64,000 nucleotides of DNA from Octopus sinensis (lineage: Eukaryota): the NCBI RefSeq assembly GCF_006345805.1, contig NC_042997.1:210552001-210616000 (forward strand), written 5' to 3'. Within the stretch, counting starts at the first letter, position 1. Each line of letters opens with the position of its first letter. The position numbers and the translations under genes were made by a program. Below, piece after piece: positions 38,829-49,997 of this stretch. Below the pieces are notes generated by a model, which was not told where the DNA came from, did not search any database, and saw nothing but the letters and a program-made list of their open reading frames with translations.

Positions 38829-39368
38829 TACTCAACAGACACTGAGAAATTCCTGAGGTAGAGACAGGGACACTTGTATCCATACTGTTGATGACATCAG
38901 GTAGCCATAGGCAGTGAATGTATTAATTAATTATAAAGAGTTATTAATGAGGGATTATTAATCTGAACAAAATACTTTATAGACTCTCTCTGTCTTAATA
39001 CAAATACACCAGAGGCTAACAAAGATCTTTTAGATTAGTCAAGAACTCCGCGTGTGCTTATGGCAGGGTCTGAGGTTATATTTGATCACCTTTCTATATT
39101 GTAAGCCCATGGTTGGATTCCCAGTTAGACTGGCTTTTTAAACAGAGCGATATACAAGACAAGGTTTAAATAATGGTCTTTATATAGTCTGTTATTGTTG
39201 CAAATTCAACTTACAGCTGTTTCTGATAATCTTTATTGGTTCATTCTTTGATTTTGTTTTTACTCAGTTTATTGATTGTTTGAGTAAAATACAACGAACT
39301 TAAAAGACCTGATGCTATCTCCATCGGAGTCAGATAGTATCAGTTATCAGAGACGTTTTATTAAAGAA

Positions 39369-39763
39369 CTAGCAGTATCGCCCGGTGTTGCTCGGGTTTG
39401 TTTTGACCCTTTAGAATTGGAATTTTTTAAAAGTAAAAGTTTTGCATTATGTAGCTTGTTATTCTCTTTATGTGAACATTTTTCTGGTTGAAATACACCG
39501 AAAAATGGCGACACAGCAGTAAAAAAATCGTTAAAAAATAGGGATTTTCATAGAAAAAAAAGCACCTTTTTGATGTAAATAGATTTTGGCGTTAACATGG
39601 TCCGATTTGAATTATTTCTTCTACGGAAGAAAGAGCAAGCCTTCTTCTATCATACTCTCAATTTTGGTCAACTTGCGCTGCAGGGTCTCGGAGGTGATAG
39701 TGTTAGTTGAAGGCTTACCAAACCTGCCACACACAGACAACTTCAGCTTTATATATAGAGAGA
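39369..39763 (-). mobile_element. Non-autonomous Helitron
   Basis: Reverse-complement copy of 34039-34430 with A|TC and CTAG|T ends. Confidence 0.85.
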
Positions 39764-40433
39764 TTTGACTGACAGAATTCCGTATAGTATCTGAGGTTGT
39801 TTTGTTTAGAAGCTCGATATTCCAGCTTCTACAACATTCTGTCAAGCTTTCAGAACTTTCATTCAAACAGTTTGACAGGAAATTTCACAAAACCTACTTT
39901 ATTTGGTTCCGCCAACCAGTCTGATTGGTCAAACCTACGTTCACATAGGCGTGAATGGCTTTTGTAATGACAAAGTAAATGTCTCGTAACCTGCCTTGCC
40001 TTATATGGCGACATTATCTTAAACTGAGGAATGTGAATGAGATTGTTCAAAACTCAGCCGAAGCTTTGCTTACAATAGCATAATGTTATCCTATTTGTCA
40101 ACGGTTGAATGTAGTTCAGGTGACTCCTTGTCTAAACCGTAACAGATTGGCCCATCAAATCAATAAAACTTTTGAACAAAAAGGATGACACGCAGCTACG
40201 AACTGTGTGTTTGGATAAGCATTGTGTGACAATAATGAGGTCAATAACTAACAACGGACGTCTTCTTGGTAACCGGACATGACACGGGATTAACTGAGAT
40301 GGTTTATTGCTGCAACGACGACCACGACGACCACGACGGCGGCGGCGGCAATAAATTTGTAAGATATGAAATGCTTAAAAACTAGTTACAGATTTATTTC
40401 GTCTAAAGTAGGTGTGACCAAAAGAAATGTTTC

Positions 40434-41117
40434 GGTAAAGTTTTACATTAATATCCGCACGGTTTTCACCAAGGAAAAAAAAACCCCAAAAAACCCTCGG
40501 ATTTTTTTGCATGGAATCAAGTACTCTGACCTCCTAATATGCTGCAAACCCCTTATTTTGGTTCGGAAGAAAGAAGCAGGGAACAACTCATCCCGGAATC
40601 ATTGGATTTTTTTTTTTTTTTTTCGTTGAATGAATTCCTGTGAATTCCTAATATGCTACAAAATACTTTTGGTGGTTCGAAAAACGGGGTGGGGTGAGGT
40701 GGAAGCCTCGGAAATTTCACCCCCACTCAACCCTTTTCACCCCCCACGATTTTCACTAAGAAAAAAAAAAGTAATAAATATAAAAATCGCGCCCAAACTA
40801 ATTTTTGTGTATGTGGGTGGAAAGAGAAAGATGAACGATTTAAAAATAAATATAAACGATTTATTATAAATATATCTTAATTGTTGTGTGAGAAAGCATA
40901 TGTATTCTGATGATAAAACATAGTATATTTCAAAACCATCCTAAATTTATAGACTATATCTTGTGTGACCCCTCGTCCACATCCTTTTTTCTGAACCAAA
41001 ATAAGGGATTTGCAGCATATTTGGAGTTCAGGGTACTTGATTCCACGCAAAAAATCCGAGTTTTTTTTTTCTTCTTTGTGAAAATCGTGCGGGGGTTAAT
41101 ATAAAAATTTACCACGG
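40434..41117. repeat. Inverted repeat pair (about 140-bp arms)
   Basis: 40434-40575 vs 40985-41117, plus a third partial copy near 40645. Confidence 0.7.
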
Positions 41118-41604
41118 CTGATATTTCTGCAATTTGAAATATGTTTGATTTCCAATTCATTAACATTTTTGCTAATGAGTAAATGAGATTTACAGTATAA
41201 TTTAATGAATGACTAAAATTTTATGTTAGATATAATCTCCGTCACTTTTCCTCTTCGACGAATACAGCACACAGAACCCTATTAAAGCAACGAATGGGGA
41301 ACTGAAACCCTGAAAGCACAAAATATAGTCATAGAAGTAGAAGACAGCCACGTTAGAGAAATTCTTTAACAAAAGTGCCAAGGGAGCTTATTCCTGACAA
41401 CCAACATTAATATGTAACGAGTTATGCCCCTTGCTCTATCTTAATTCCGACCAAAAAGCAGGATTAAAAATCGAACCATTAAAAAAAAGTTGCTGAGATT
41501 TTCCTGGTGATTTCCCGTCCGATATTCAAATAAATATCAAGTCATGAAGTATAACCCCTGAAAGTTTCATATTTTTGTTTAAAGATTTTAATTTAATAAT
41601 ATAT

Positions 41605-42410
41605 AGGAGGAGAAACCCAGCGTCCACCTACTCCCTCCACAACACTAATCTCAAAAAGTCTTCATGTGAACGTGACCTGGGTGTTATTGTCGACAGTGAT
41701 TTGCGTTGGACAAAACACATCGCTAAAATTGTCAAGAAGGCTGAGGGTATCTTGGCATCACTCACCAAATCCTTTGTGAGACGCTCTCCGGCTATCTATC
41801 TGCGGCTTTATATAGCTATGGTAAGACCTCACCTGGAATTTGCATCACCGGTCTGGAACCCCTATCTTGCCCAGGATGTCAATCGTCTGGAAGCCGTTCA
41901 GCGATGTGCAACCAAAAGAATACCCTCCATCAGGCATTTGCCATATTCTGAATGCCTTACTTCCTGGGCATTGAAACTCCGACGTCTGGCAGCTGACTTG
42001 GCAGACACCCATAAAATTATCAACCATCGTACAAACAATAACTCTGAGCACTTTTTCAAACTCCACCCATCTAACACCCGTGGACATATTTACAAAGTCA
42101 GAAAACAGCACAGTTCCCATGACTTCAGGAAACATTTTTTCACACTAAGAGTTGCTGAAGCATGGAACAAACTGCCAGCATCAGTTGTTAGTTGTCGGAG
42201 CACTGCATCCTTCAAAACTTCCATGCTTTCTGAGATTCGCCAACACTACACTTGATTTTCTCCCCTCCATACACACGCAAGCATGTATCTGACTCATACA
42301 CTGTTTGCTTCCCAGACATTTGTACATTACTGCATGTGCTTTATATGCACTGTCTGACAAGTTGTGGTGCACCTGAGCACTGTATACAATAATTTCCTTA
42401 TTTTTATTAT
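41605..42410 (+). mobile_element. CR1/L2-group LINE 3' end
   Basis: ORF 41575-42255: ERDLGVIVD...RPHLEFASPVWNPY...RVAEAWNKLP; 3' UTR shared with 24935. Confidence 0.85.
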
Positions 42411-42599
42411 AGTGTCTCTTGTGATGTCATTCCTCAACACACACGCTAATATCGAACGGTGAGAATGAGTGGATGAATATTCTTTGTTTGTTGTTAACAA
42501 AGCTACCGATAATGGTAGAGAGAAATCTCTCAACAATATCAGTCCTGCCACATGGAAACATTGGTACTCATCTCCATCCTGAATGACAATACACACACA

Positions 42600-42780
42600 C
42601 ACACAGACACGACACATCAGACAAGAACAGAATGGACTAGAGCAGAGCAAGATCACACATGAAGATGGAAAGTGTCGCTGAGGAGGTCACAGAAGTGTGA
42701 CGTGACGAAAGATGTCTGGACAATGGACATGAGTTAAAATAAGAACAGTGATAAACGAATGAAGAGCGAATATATATTGC
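42600..42780 (+). repeat. Dispersed repeat with hammerhead-like core (second copy at 34700-34830, minus strand)
   Basis: CTGAGGA-G-GTCAC...GTGAC-GAAA-GATGTC at 42678-42716; the homologue reads CTGAAGA-G-GTCAC...GTGAC-GAAA. Confidence 0.55.
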
Positions 42781-43177
42781 GTGTGTTTATTTGGCAAAAA
42801 AAAAAAAAATGACTGTCCCAAAATACAACAAAATTTGTTTCAATACACGGTTCCACATCAGGAATCCTGCAACACAAATTCATAAATATATATATATATA
42901 TATTGCAGATAAGAAAGTAATTTTCGGATGCAGTAAAGCTGTAAGGACAGCAGGGAAAGATTGGGTATTTACCCTTATAAGACAGGAAATAGTTGTCAGT
43001 AGGCAGCTATGAAGAATGAACCTCTACCCCTCTGCTACCTAATCTTTCTTTGCTGTTCTTACAGCTTTACTACATTCGAAATTTACTTTCTTGTCTGTAA
43101 AATAACAAGCACATTCGGCAATTCCAAAGTTTGTTTATAATATATATATATATATGTATGTATATATATATATATAT

Positions 43178-43365
43178 ATCATCATCATCATCATCATCGT
43201 TTAACGTCCGCTTTCCATGCTAGCATGGGTTGGACGGTTCAACTGGGGTCTGGCAAGCCCGAAGGCTGCACCAGGCCAGTCAGATCTGACAGTGTTTCTA
43301 CAGCTGGATGCCCTTCCTAACGCCAACCACTCCGAGAGTGTAGTGGGTGATTTTATGTGCCACCG

Positions 43366-43367
<2 letters not shown>
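43178..43367 (-). mobile_element. RTE 3' terminal fragment
   Basis: (CAT)n plus terminal module. Confidence 0.8.
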
Positions 43368-43408
<41 letters not shown>

Positions 43409-43762
43409 TATTTGTTTTCGTTCAGTTTCCTTGTATGTCCCCACTGTCATTTTTTTTGTCCCCAACTTTGATCCTCCATAAATCCTAAATTTTATTTTAG
43501 AATTTATAGGAACAACTGTCTTTGAAGACTCATATTGTCGTTGAATGCTCGAAATGAAGAGTAGATAGACAGTCGACAACCGATGAAGGGTCCTTCCTCT
43601 GTGTTTACTTGTCCTGTTTTCCATTTCTTTTCTTGTTTACGTACTTCATTCATTTTCCCCCTTGTTTATTTACGTATTTCATGTTATTTGCATCATTGGT
43701 GACATCCTCTGCCTTCTATATCTATATACCTATATCATATCATGTCTGTCTCTTTCTCTATG

Positions 43763-43793
<31 letters not shown>

Positions 43794-44449
43794 ATTACTC
43801 ATTTGACTGCAGCCATGCTGGGGCACCACCTTGAAGGAGTTGTTTAGTTGCACAAATTGTCCCCAGGATATTTTTTTCAAGCCTATGACTTATTCTATTG
43901 CTCTCATTGTATATGTATCTATATATATATATGTATGTATGAATATATATATGTATATACAAGTGTGTGTGTGTGTGTGTGTGTGTGCAGAGATAGATAG
44001 ATATAAATAGATAGCATATATATAATGCTATAATTAGCAAGGTATGTTTCGTAAATGACTCAATATCATTGCTTTAGAACAAAATAGTTGAGCATAAATG
44101 AAATGTAGAACATCTCTGCTTCTCCTGGATATAATTGCTACAAAGCCCTTAAAATGCTTACTTGCATTTCAGCTACAGGTGCAGGTGTTTTACAAGTATT
44201 GCCAAGTTTCAACTACCTGCATAAGCCACTGGTCTTCACTGTAGTCTCCATTAATTTTAGAGGTGTGTGTGTGAGTGTGTGTGTTTGAGTCATTTACGAA
44301 ACATACCTTGCTAATTATAGCATTATATATATGTGTGTGTAGACACACACATGCATACATGCACACACACACACATGTATATACATACATACATTCATAC
44401 AGTTTGAGGGGATAAAAAAGACAAAGAGTTTCCTGCCCTCACTGGGAAA

Positions 44450-45290
44450 CATGCTTCTTGAGAGAGGAATAAATGGCTGAAAACTGTGTGTTTAGTTTAA
44501 TGTTTAGTAATGCAAGGTGGATAGAAAAGCAGTTGAGGGACACACCCAAAGCCTCATTGAAGACATCGACTGTGGTAGCTGGGAAAAGCAGGTACAAGAC
44601 TGCTCTGCCTGAGAAAGGTGCATCAACAGAGATTTCCAACTCCTACAAAGAGACCAAGACTGCAGGGACACAAAGAAAAATGCAAACAAGTTCAAAACGA
44701 ATAACACACCTGACCTGTGGCCTTCAGAGCACACATCAGACTGATTGGTCACAATTGGACACACTGTGCCCTGTCTTATTCTCGCATGTGAAGACCAGTT
44801 GAGACAAGTGAAATCAAACTCGGTGACTGGCATCCGTTGCTAGTGGAGTACTAAGAGTACCATACAAGTGAGATCGTTGCCAGAGCAACAGGCTGGCCTT
44901 CATGCCAATGGCACATTAAACACACCATTCGAGCGTGATCGTTACCTGCGTCGCCTTACTGGCACTTGTGCTGGTGGCACGTGAAAAAACATTCAAGCAA
45001 GGTCGTCACCAGTGCCGCTGGACTGGCTCTTGTGCAGGTGGCACATAAAAAGCACCATCTGGGCGTGGCCATTGCCAGTACCACTAAAGTGGCCCTTGTG
45101 CCAGTGGTACATAAAACGCACACATTACACTCTCGGAATGGTTAGCATTAGGAAGGGCATCCAGCTGTAGAAACTCTGCCAGATCAGATTGGTGCCTGGT
45201 GCAGCCATCTGGTTCGCCAGCCCTCAGTCATACGTCCAACCCATGCTAGCATGGAAGGCGGATGTTGATGATGATGATGATGATGATGTC
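44450..45290 (+). mobile_element. BovB-like RTE C-terminal remnant followed by RTE 3' UTR array and (GAT)n tail
   Basis: RDTPKASLK..DIDCGSWEKQVQDCSA..RCIN...TCGLQ; UTR from about 44750. Confidence 0.65.
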
Positions 45291-45526
45291 CTCAGTCACC
45301 GTCAACAACGATGGACAAATTAATAATGGATAATAATAACAAAAGTATAGTCTCTATTGAATATAATGTTTGTAATGACACCAATCACTCTTGCCATCTA
45401 CACCAATGCCACTGGCGGCTAAACCGTTTATGGATCACTGGTATTCTTCGTAGAAAAGTTTATTTTTGGTGCCATCCATTTGCATCACTTTCTCCACATA
45501 CACAGCAGAGGAAGAATAGATTGCTT

Positions 45527-45765
45527 AGGCGGCGAGCTGGCAGAACCGTTAGCACACCGGGCGAAATGCTTAGCGGTATTTTGTCTGTCTTTACATTTCT
45601 GAGTTCAAATTCCGCCAAGGTCGACTTTGCCTTTCATCCTTTCGGGGTCGATTAAATAAGTACCATTTATGCACTGGGGTCGATATAATCGACTTAATCC
45701 GTTTGTCTGTCCTTGTTTATCCCCTCTATGCCTAGCCCCTTGTGGGCAATAAAGAAATAATAAAT
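45527..45765 (+). mobile_element. Meta-like SINE with TSD
   Basis: AAGAATAGATT at 45512-45522 and 45766-45776. Confidence 0.85.
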
Positions 45766-45944
45766 AAGAATAGATTACTTCATGCTTCTAGTTGGGGTTT
45801 ATTAAATTCCTAGCAATCAGCCATTCTCTTTGAATAAAACATTTGAAAGTCCTGAAGACACGAAACATCTTCGGTTATAATTACAACATTAACAACCAGA
45901 TGGAATTAATTATATGGTTTTTAATTGTTTTATCTTTTATCAAT

Positions 45945-46330
45945 TACTTGTTTCAGCCATTAATTAGACTGTGGCCATGCTGGAGCACAACATTGAACAA
46001 GTTTTAGGAGAACGAATTGACTCAGTACTTACTGTTTTTTTTAACCCTTGTACTTATTCTGTCAGTTTCTGTTGCCAAACCTCTAAGTTATAGGGACATA
46101 AACACACCAACCCTGGTTGTCAAGCAGTAGTAGAGGTCAGACAGACAGACAGACAGACAGACAGACACACACAAACAATAGGCTTCTTTCAGTTTCCTTC
46201 TACCAAATCCACTCACAAAGTTTTGGTTGGCCTGAGGCTATAGTAGAAGACACTTACCCAAGGTGCCACACAGTGGGACTGAACCCGGAACCATGTGGTT
46301 GGGAAGCAAGCTTCTTACCACGCAGCCAAT
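45945..46330 (-). mobile_element. CORE-type SINE, diverged
   Basis: Family match. Confidence 0.75.
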
Positions 46331-46589
46331 TGCTCTTTTTTTTCCTTTTTCCTTTGAGATGCAGGTATGGCTCAGTGCAGGGGTGGCTGCGAAGTTAAGA
46401 AGCTCGTTTCTCAGTCACAGGGTTTGGGGGGGTTCAATCCCATTGCATGGCACCTTGGGCAAGTGTTTCCTACTGAGCTGACCAAAGCCTTGTGAGTGGT
46501 AAACAGAAAGAAGGAAGAAGCCTCCTGTATGAGTGTGTAATACTCCTCTTCCTCCTCCTCCTCCTCACCACCACCACCACCACCATATA

Positions 46590-46870
46590 TATGGCCGATG
46601 CCAGCACCGCCCCGACTGGCTTCTGTGCAGGTGGCACATAAAAAGCACCAACCGACCATGGCCGATGCCAGACCCCTCTGGCACCTGTGCAGGTGGCACG
46701 TAAAAAGCACCCACTACACTCTTGGAGTGGTTGGCGTTAGGAAGGGCATCCAGCTGTAGAAACACTGCCAGACCAGACTGGAGCCTGGGGCAGCCCCTGG
46801 CTCCCCAGACCCCGGTCGAAACCGTCCAACCCGTGCTAGCGCGGAAAACGGACGTTAAACGATGATGATT
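46590..46870 (+). mobile_element. RTE 3' UTR fragment
   Basis: Array units, terminal module and (GAT)n. Confidence 0.8.
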
Positions 46871-48029
46871 ATAATGGGGTGATTATAATCAAAATAAGCA
46901 ACAAGTATAGCCAAGGTAGAGTGGTACAATTGTTTCGTGCTACTTCATTTTATTAAACACTTTAAGGATTACATCAGTTTTAAAATGTCGAGCAATCTTC
47001 AGCCACTTATAGAATTTTCCAATCAAACGGACAATGCACATTCTTATCCCTATTCCATTTGCCAACATTACAAAGAGGGTAGATATATAGACAGAGAGGT
47101 TGGTTTCATTCTTAAGAACATGATAGTAGTATGTTCACTCTCCATCTGTAGATTTTATCATTGAGTTCACTTTGTTATTTAGATCTGTCAGTGGGGAGGG
47201 GGATTCTATTTTTGGTTGGACAGAGACAAAGAATTTTTTCTATTTATAGATATAGGAAGGGGTAGTACAAATGTGAAAACCATAAACCTATTCCCATTTT
47301 GAGGAATTCAGTTTAGATACATTTGAATGTATTATAGCAAAAAGCTAGTAGGTTGATAAAATAAATCACCATTTACTAGCCAATTATGATTATATCCTAG
47401 GATTTCAATAAATATTAGTATCTTATATAGGGATAAAAAATATAGAAATCATTTCATATTTATATAAATATATATATATATATCCATTTCTATTAATATA
47501 TAATCATAATTAGCTAGTAAATGGTGATTTTTTAATGAGCTGAATTAAAAGAAAATGTTATACATAATATTTACTAACTGTGGAAAAAAAAATAACTTTA
47601 TTAATTTAGCACATATATCAGGAGTCAATAAGATATATTAAAAAGTAATGGAAGGGAGGTAATCAAGATGAACCAAGTAATTTCTCTAGATATATATAGA
47701 ATTTTTTGCAATTATTTCATATCTATATATCTCCATTTCTATTAATATAGAATCATAATTAGCTAGTAAATGGTGATTTGTTTTATTAATGAGTTGAAAT
47801 ATTTACTAAATTGATAAAGTTTTTCTCCACAGTTAGTAAATATTATGTCTAACATATTCTTTGAATTTCTCATGTGCCAAAATTTGAAACAGATATTTTT
47901 GGTTAAGTCATGTGACTCATTTTATCTCAGACAATTTCTTTGGAAAAATGGTGATGGATTGGCATAATTGTTAGAGCACCTGTTAAGATGCCTTGCAATA
48001 ATTAACTCTACAAGAGCTAATACATATGT

Positions 48030-48600
48030 GTATGTGCGTGTGTCACATAAAAAGCACCATCCGAATCGTGGCCGAAGCCAGTGCCGCCTCGACTGGCTTC
48101 CGTGCAGGTGGCACGTAAAATGCACCAATCCGACCGTGGCCGATGCCAGCCTCGCCTGGCTCCAGTGCAGGTGGCACGTAAAAAGCACCCACTACACTCA
48201 TGGAGTGGTTGGCGTTAGGAAGGACATCCAGCTGTAGAAACATTGCCAGATAAGACCGGAGCCTGGTGCAGCCTCCTGGCTTCCCAGATCCCAGGTCGAA
48301 CCGTCCAACTCATGCTAGCATGGAGAACGGACGTTAAACGATGATGATGATGATGATGATGATATATATGTATGTATGTATGTGTGGTGAAGCACGACCT
48401 TCGCTCTTTAGGTCTCACCGAGGAAATGACCAGAGACCGAGACCTTTGGAAGTATGCTGTGCGTGAGAAGACCTGGCTGGACATAACCCGTGGCCCCTAC
48501 CTGGGACGTAGTCAGTCCACCGGTGCATACCTTCCTTCTTGGGACACATAACTCTACTTGTGAAGACCTGTTGAGGCAAGTGAGAATCAAAAATCAAAAA
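48030..48600 (+). mobile_element. Two RTE 3' pieces in permuted order
   Basis: Tail piece 48030-48362, then ORF-end/UTR-start piece 48384-48600 (VVKHDLRSLGLTEEMTRDRDLWKYAVREKT). Confidence 0.75.
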
Positions 48601-49141
48601 CCCCGTGGTGGTATGTGGTGATCAGTAAAGAATGAGGAGAGAGTATGCATGTATACATGTATATATGTCTGCATGTACATATGTATGCATGTTTGTATGT
48701 ATGCATGTGTATGTGTAAACCCCCCCCCATCTCATCAAGGAGACTGAGTTCTAGAAGTGTTTTGTATTGTGTTTCCCACCCACATTACTCCCCCTGTCCC
48801 CATCACCTATGCATTAGGCCTGCCTCTTCTTCCCATCCCCTTGCTCCAACCATGTCATCCCCTCCTCTGACAATTCTATCATTCTTACTACTCCTACTCT
48901 TTGCCCTTCCCCCACTCTCATCCCTATTCCTCCATCGCCCCCCACTCAATTTACCACTCCTTGCTCATCCACCCTTCAACCTAACCCAGTCTGCCTCCTA
49001 TCCATCCCCACCTCATTCTTCTTCACATAAAATATTGCCCACTGATTCTTCAACTCATCTTATGCCTTGAGGGGCCACACAGGCACCCCATTGCCATTAT
49101 CTCATTCAGCTTCTCCAGTTCATTCTGTCTCCCTCCCCATA

Positions 49142-49545
49142 GGCGCAGGAGTGGCTGTGTGGTAAGTAGCTTGTTTACCAACCACATGGTTCCGGGTTCA
49201 GTCCCACTGCGTGGCACCTTGGGCAAGTGTCTTCTGCTATAGCCTCGGGCCGACCAAAGCCTTGTGAGTGGAGTTGGTAGACGGAAACTGAAAGAAGCCC
49301 GTCGTATATATGTATATGTATATGCGTGTGTGTGTGTTTGTGTGTCTGTGTTTGTCCACCTAGCATTGCTTGACAACCGATGCTGGTGTGTTTACGTCCC
49401 CGTCACTTAGCGGTTCGGCAAAAGAGACCGATAGAATAAGTATTGGGCTTACAAAAGAATAAGTCCTGGGGTCGAGTTGCTCGATTAAAGGCGGTGCTCC
49501 AGCATGGCTGCAGTCAAATGACTGAAACAAGTAAAAAAGTAAAAG
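49142..49545 (+). mobile_element. Full-length CORE-type SINE
   Basis: Near-consensus copy. Confidence 0.9.
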
Positions 49546-49997
49546 AGAGAGTATCTCCTCCACTCGATGTGAGTAGCTGTGCAGATCCTCTACAAGAACC
49601 CATATCGTCCCTGCTTCTTGTCGTTCAATCCCGTTACCCTCCAGTATGAAGCTGATCGTCCTGCCTTGGGGCTGCATGGCGACCTCAGTGTAGTTGCCAT
49701 GTAAAAAAAAAAAGCACCCTGTATATATCGTAAAGTGTTTGGTGTTAGGAAGGGCATCAAGCTGTGGAAACCCAAAGAGACATTGGAGCATGATGCGGTC
49801 CTTGGACACATCATATCCTGCCAAACTGTCTCCGATCTATGCCAGCATGGAACATGGATGTTGAATGATGATGGTGGTGGTGGTGGTGTGTGTGTGTGTG
49901 TGTGTACATGTGTGTCCATGCCCATGGTCAATAAAATGAAGAACCCGTGACATACTGGTAACAATTTGCCTCTACAGATTTGTTGTCTTTTAGAAGG

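Noticed and set aside
45848-45875. CTGAAGA-CAC-GAAAC as a minimal hammerhead (also weaker cases at 3845-3905 and 43520-43575)
   Set aside because: Stem II or stems I/III cannot be formed, or core nucleotides are missing.
49175-49376. Recurrent short ORFs such as [17 protein letters not shown] and LFQSFDCGHAGAPP, suggesting a gene family
   Set aside because: They are reading frames through SINE copies.
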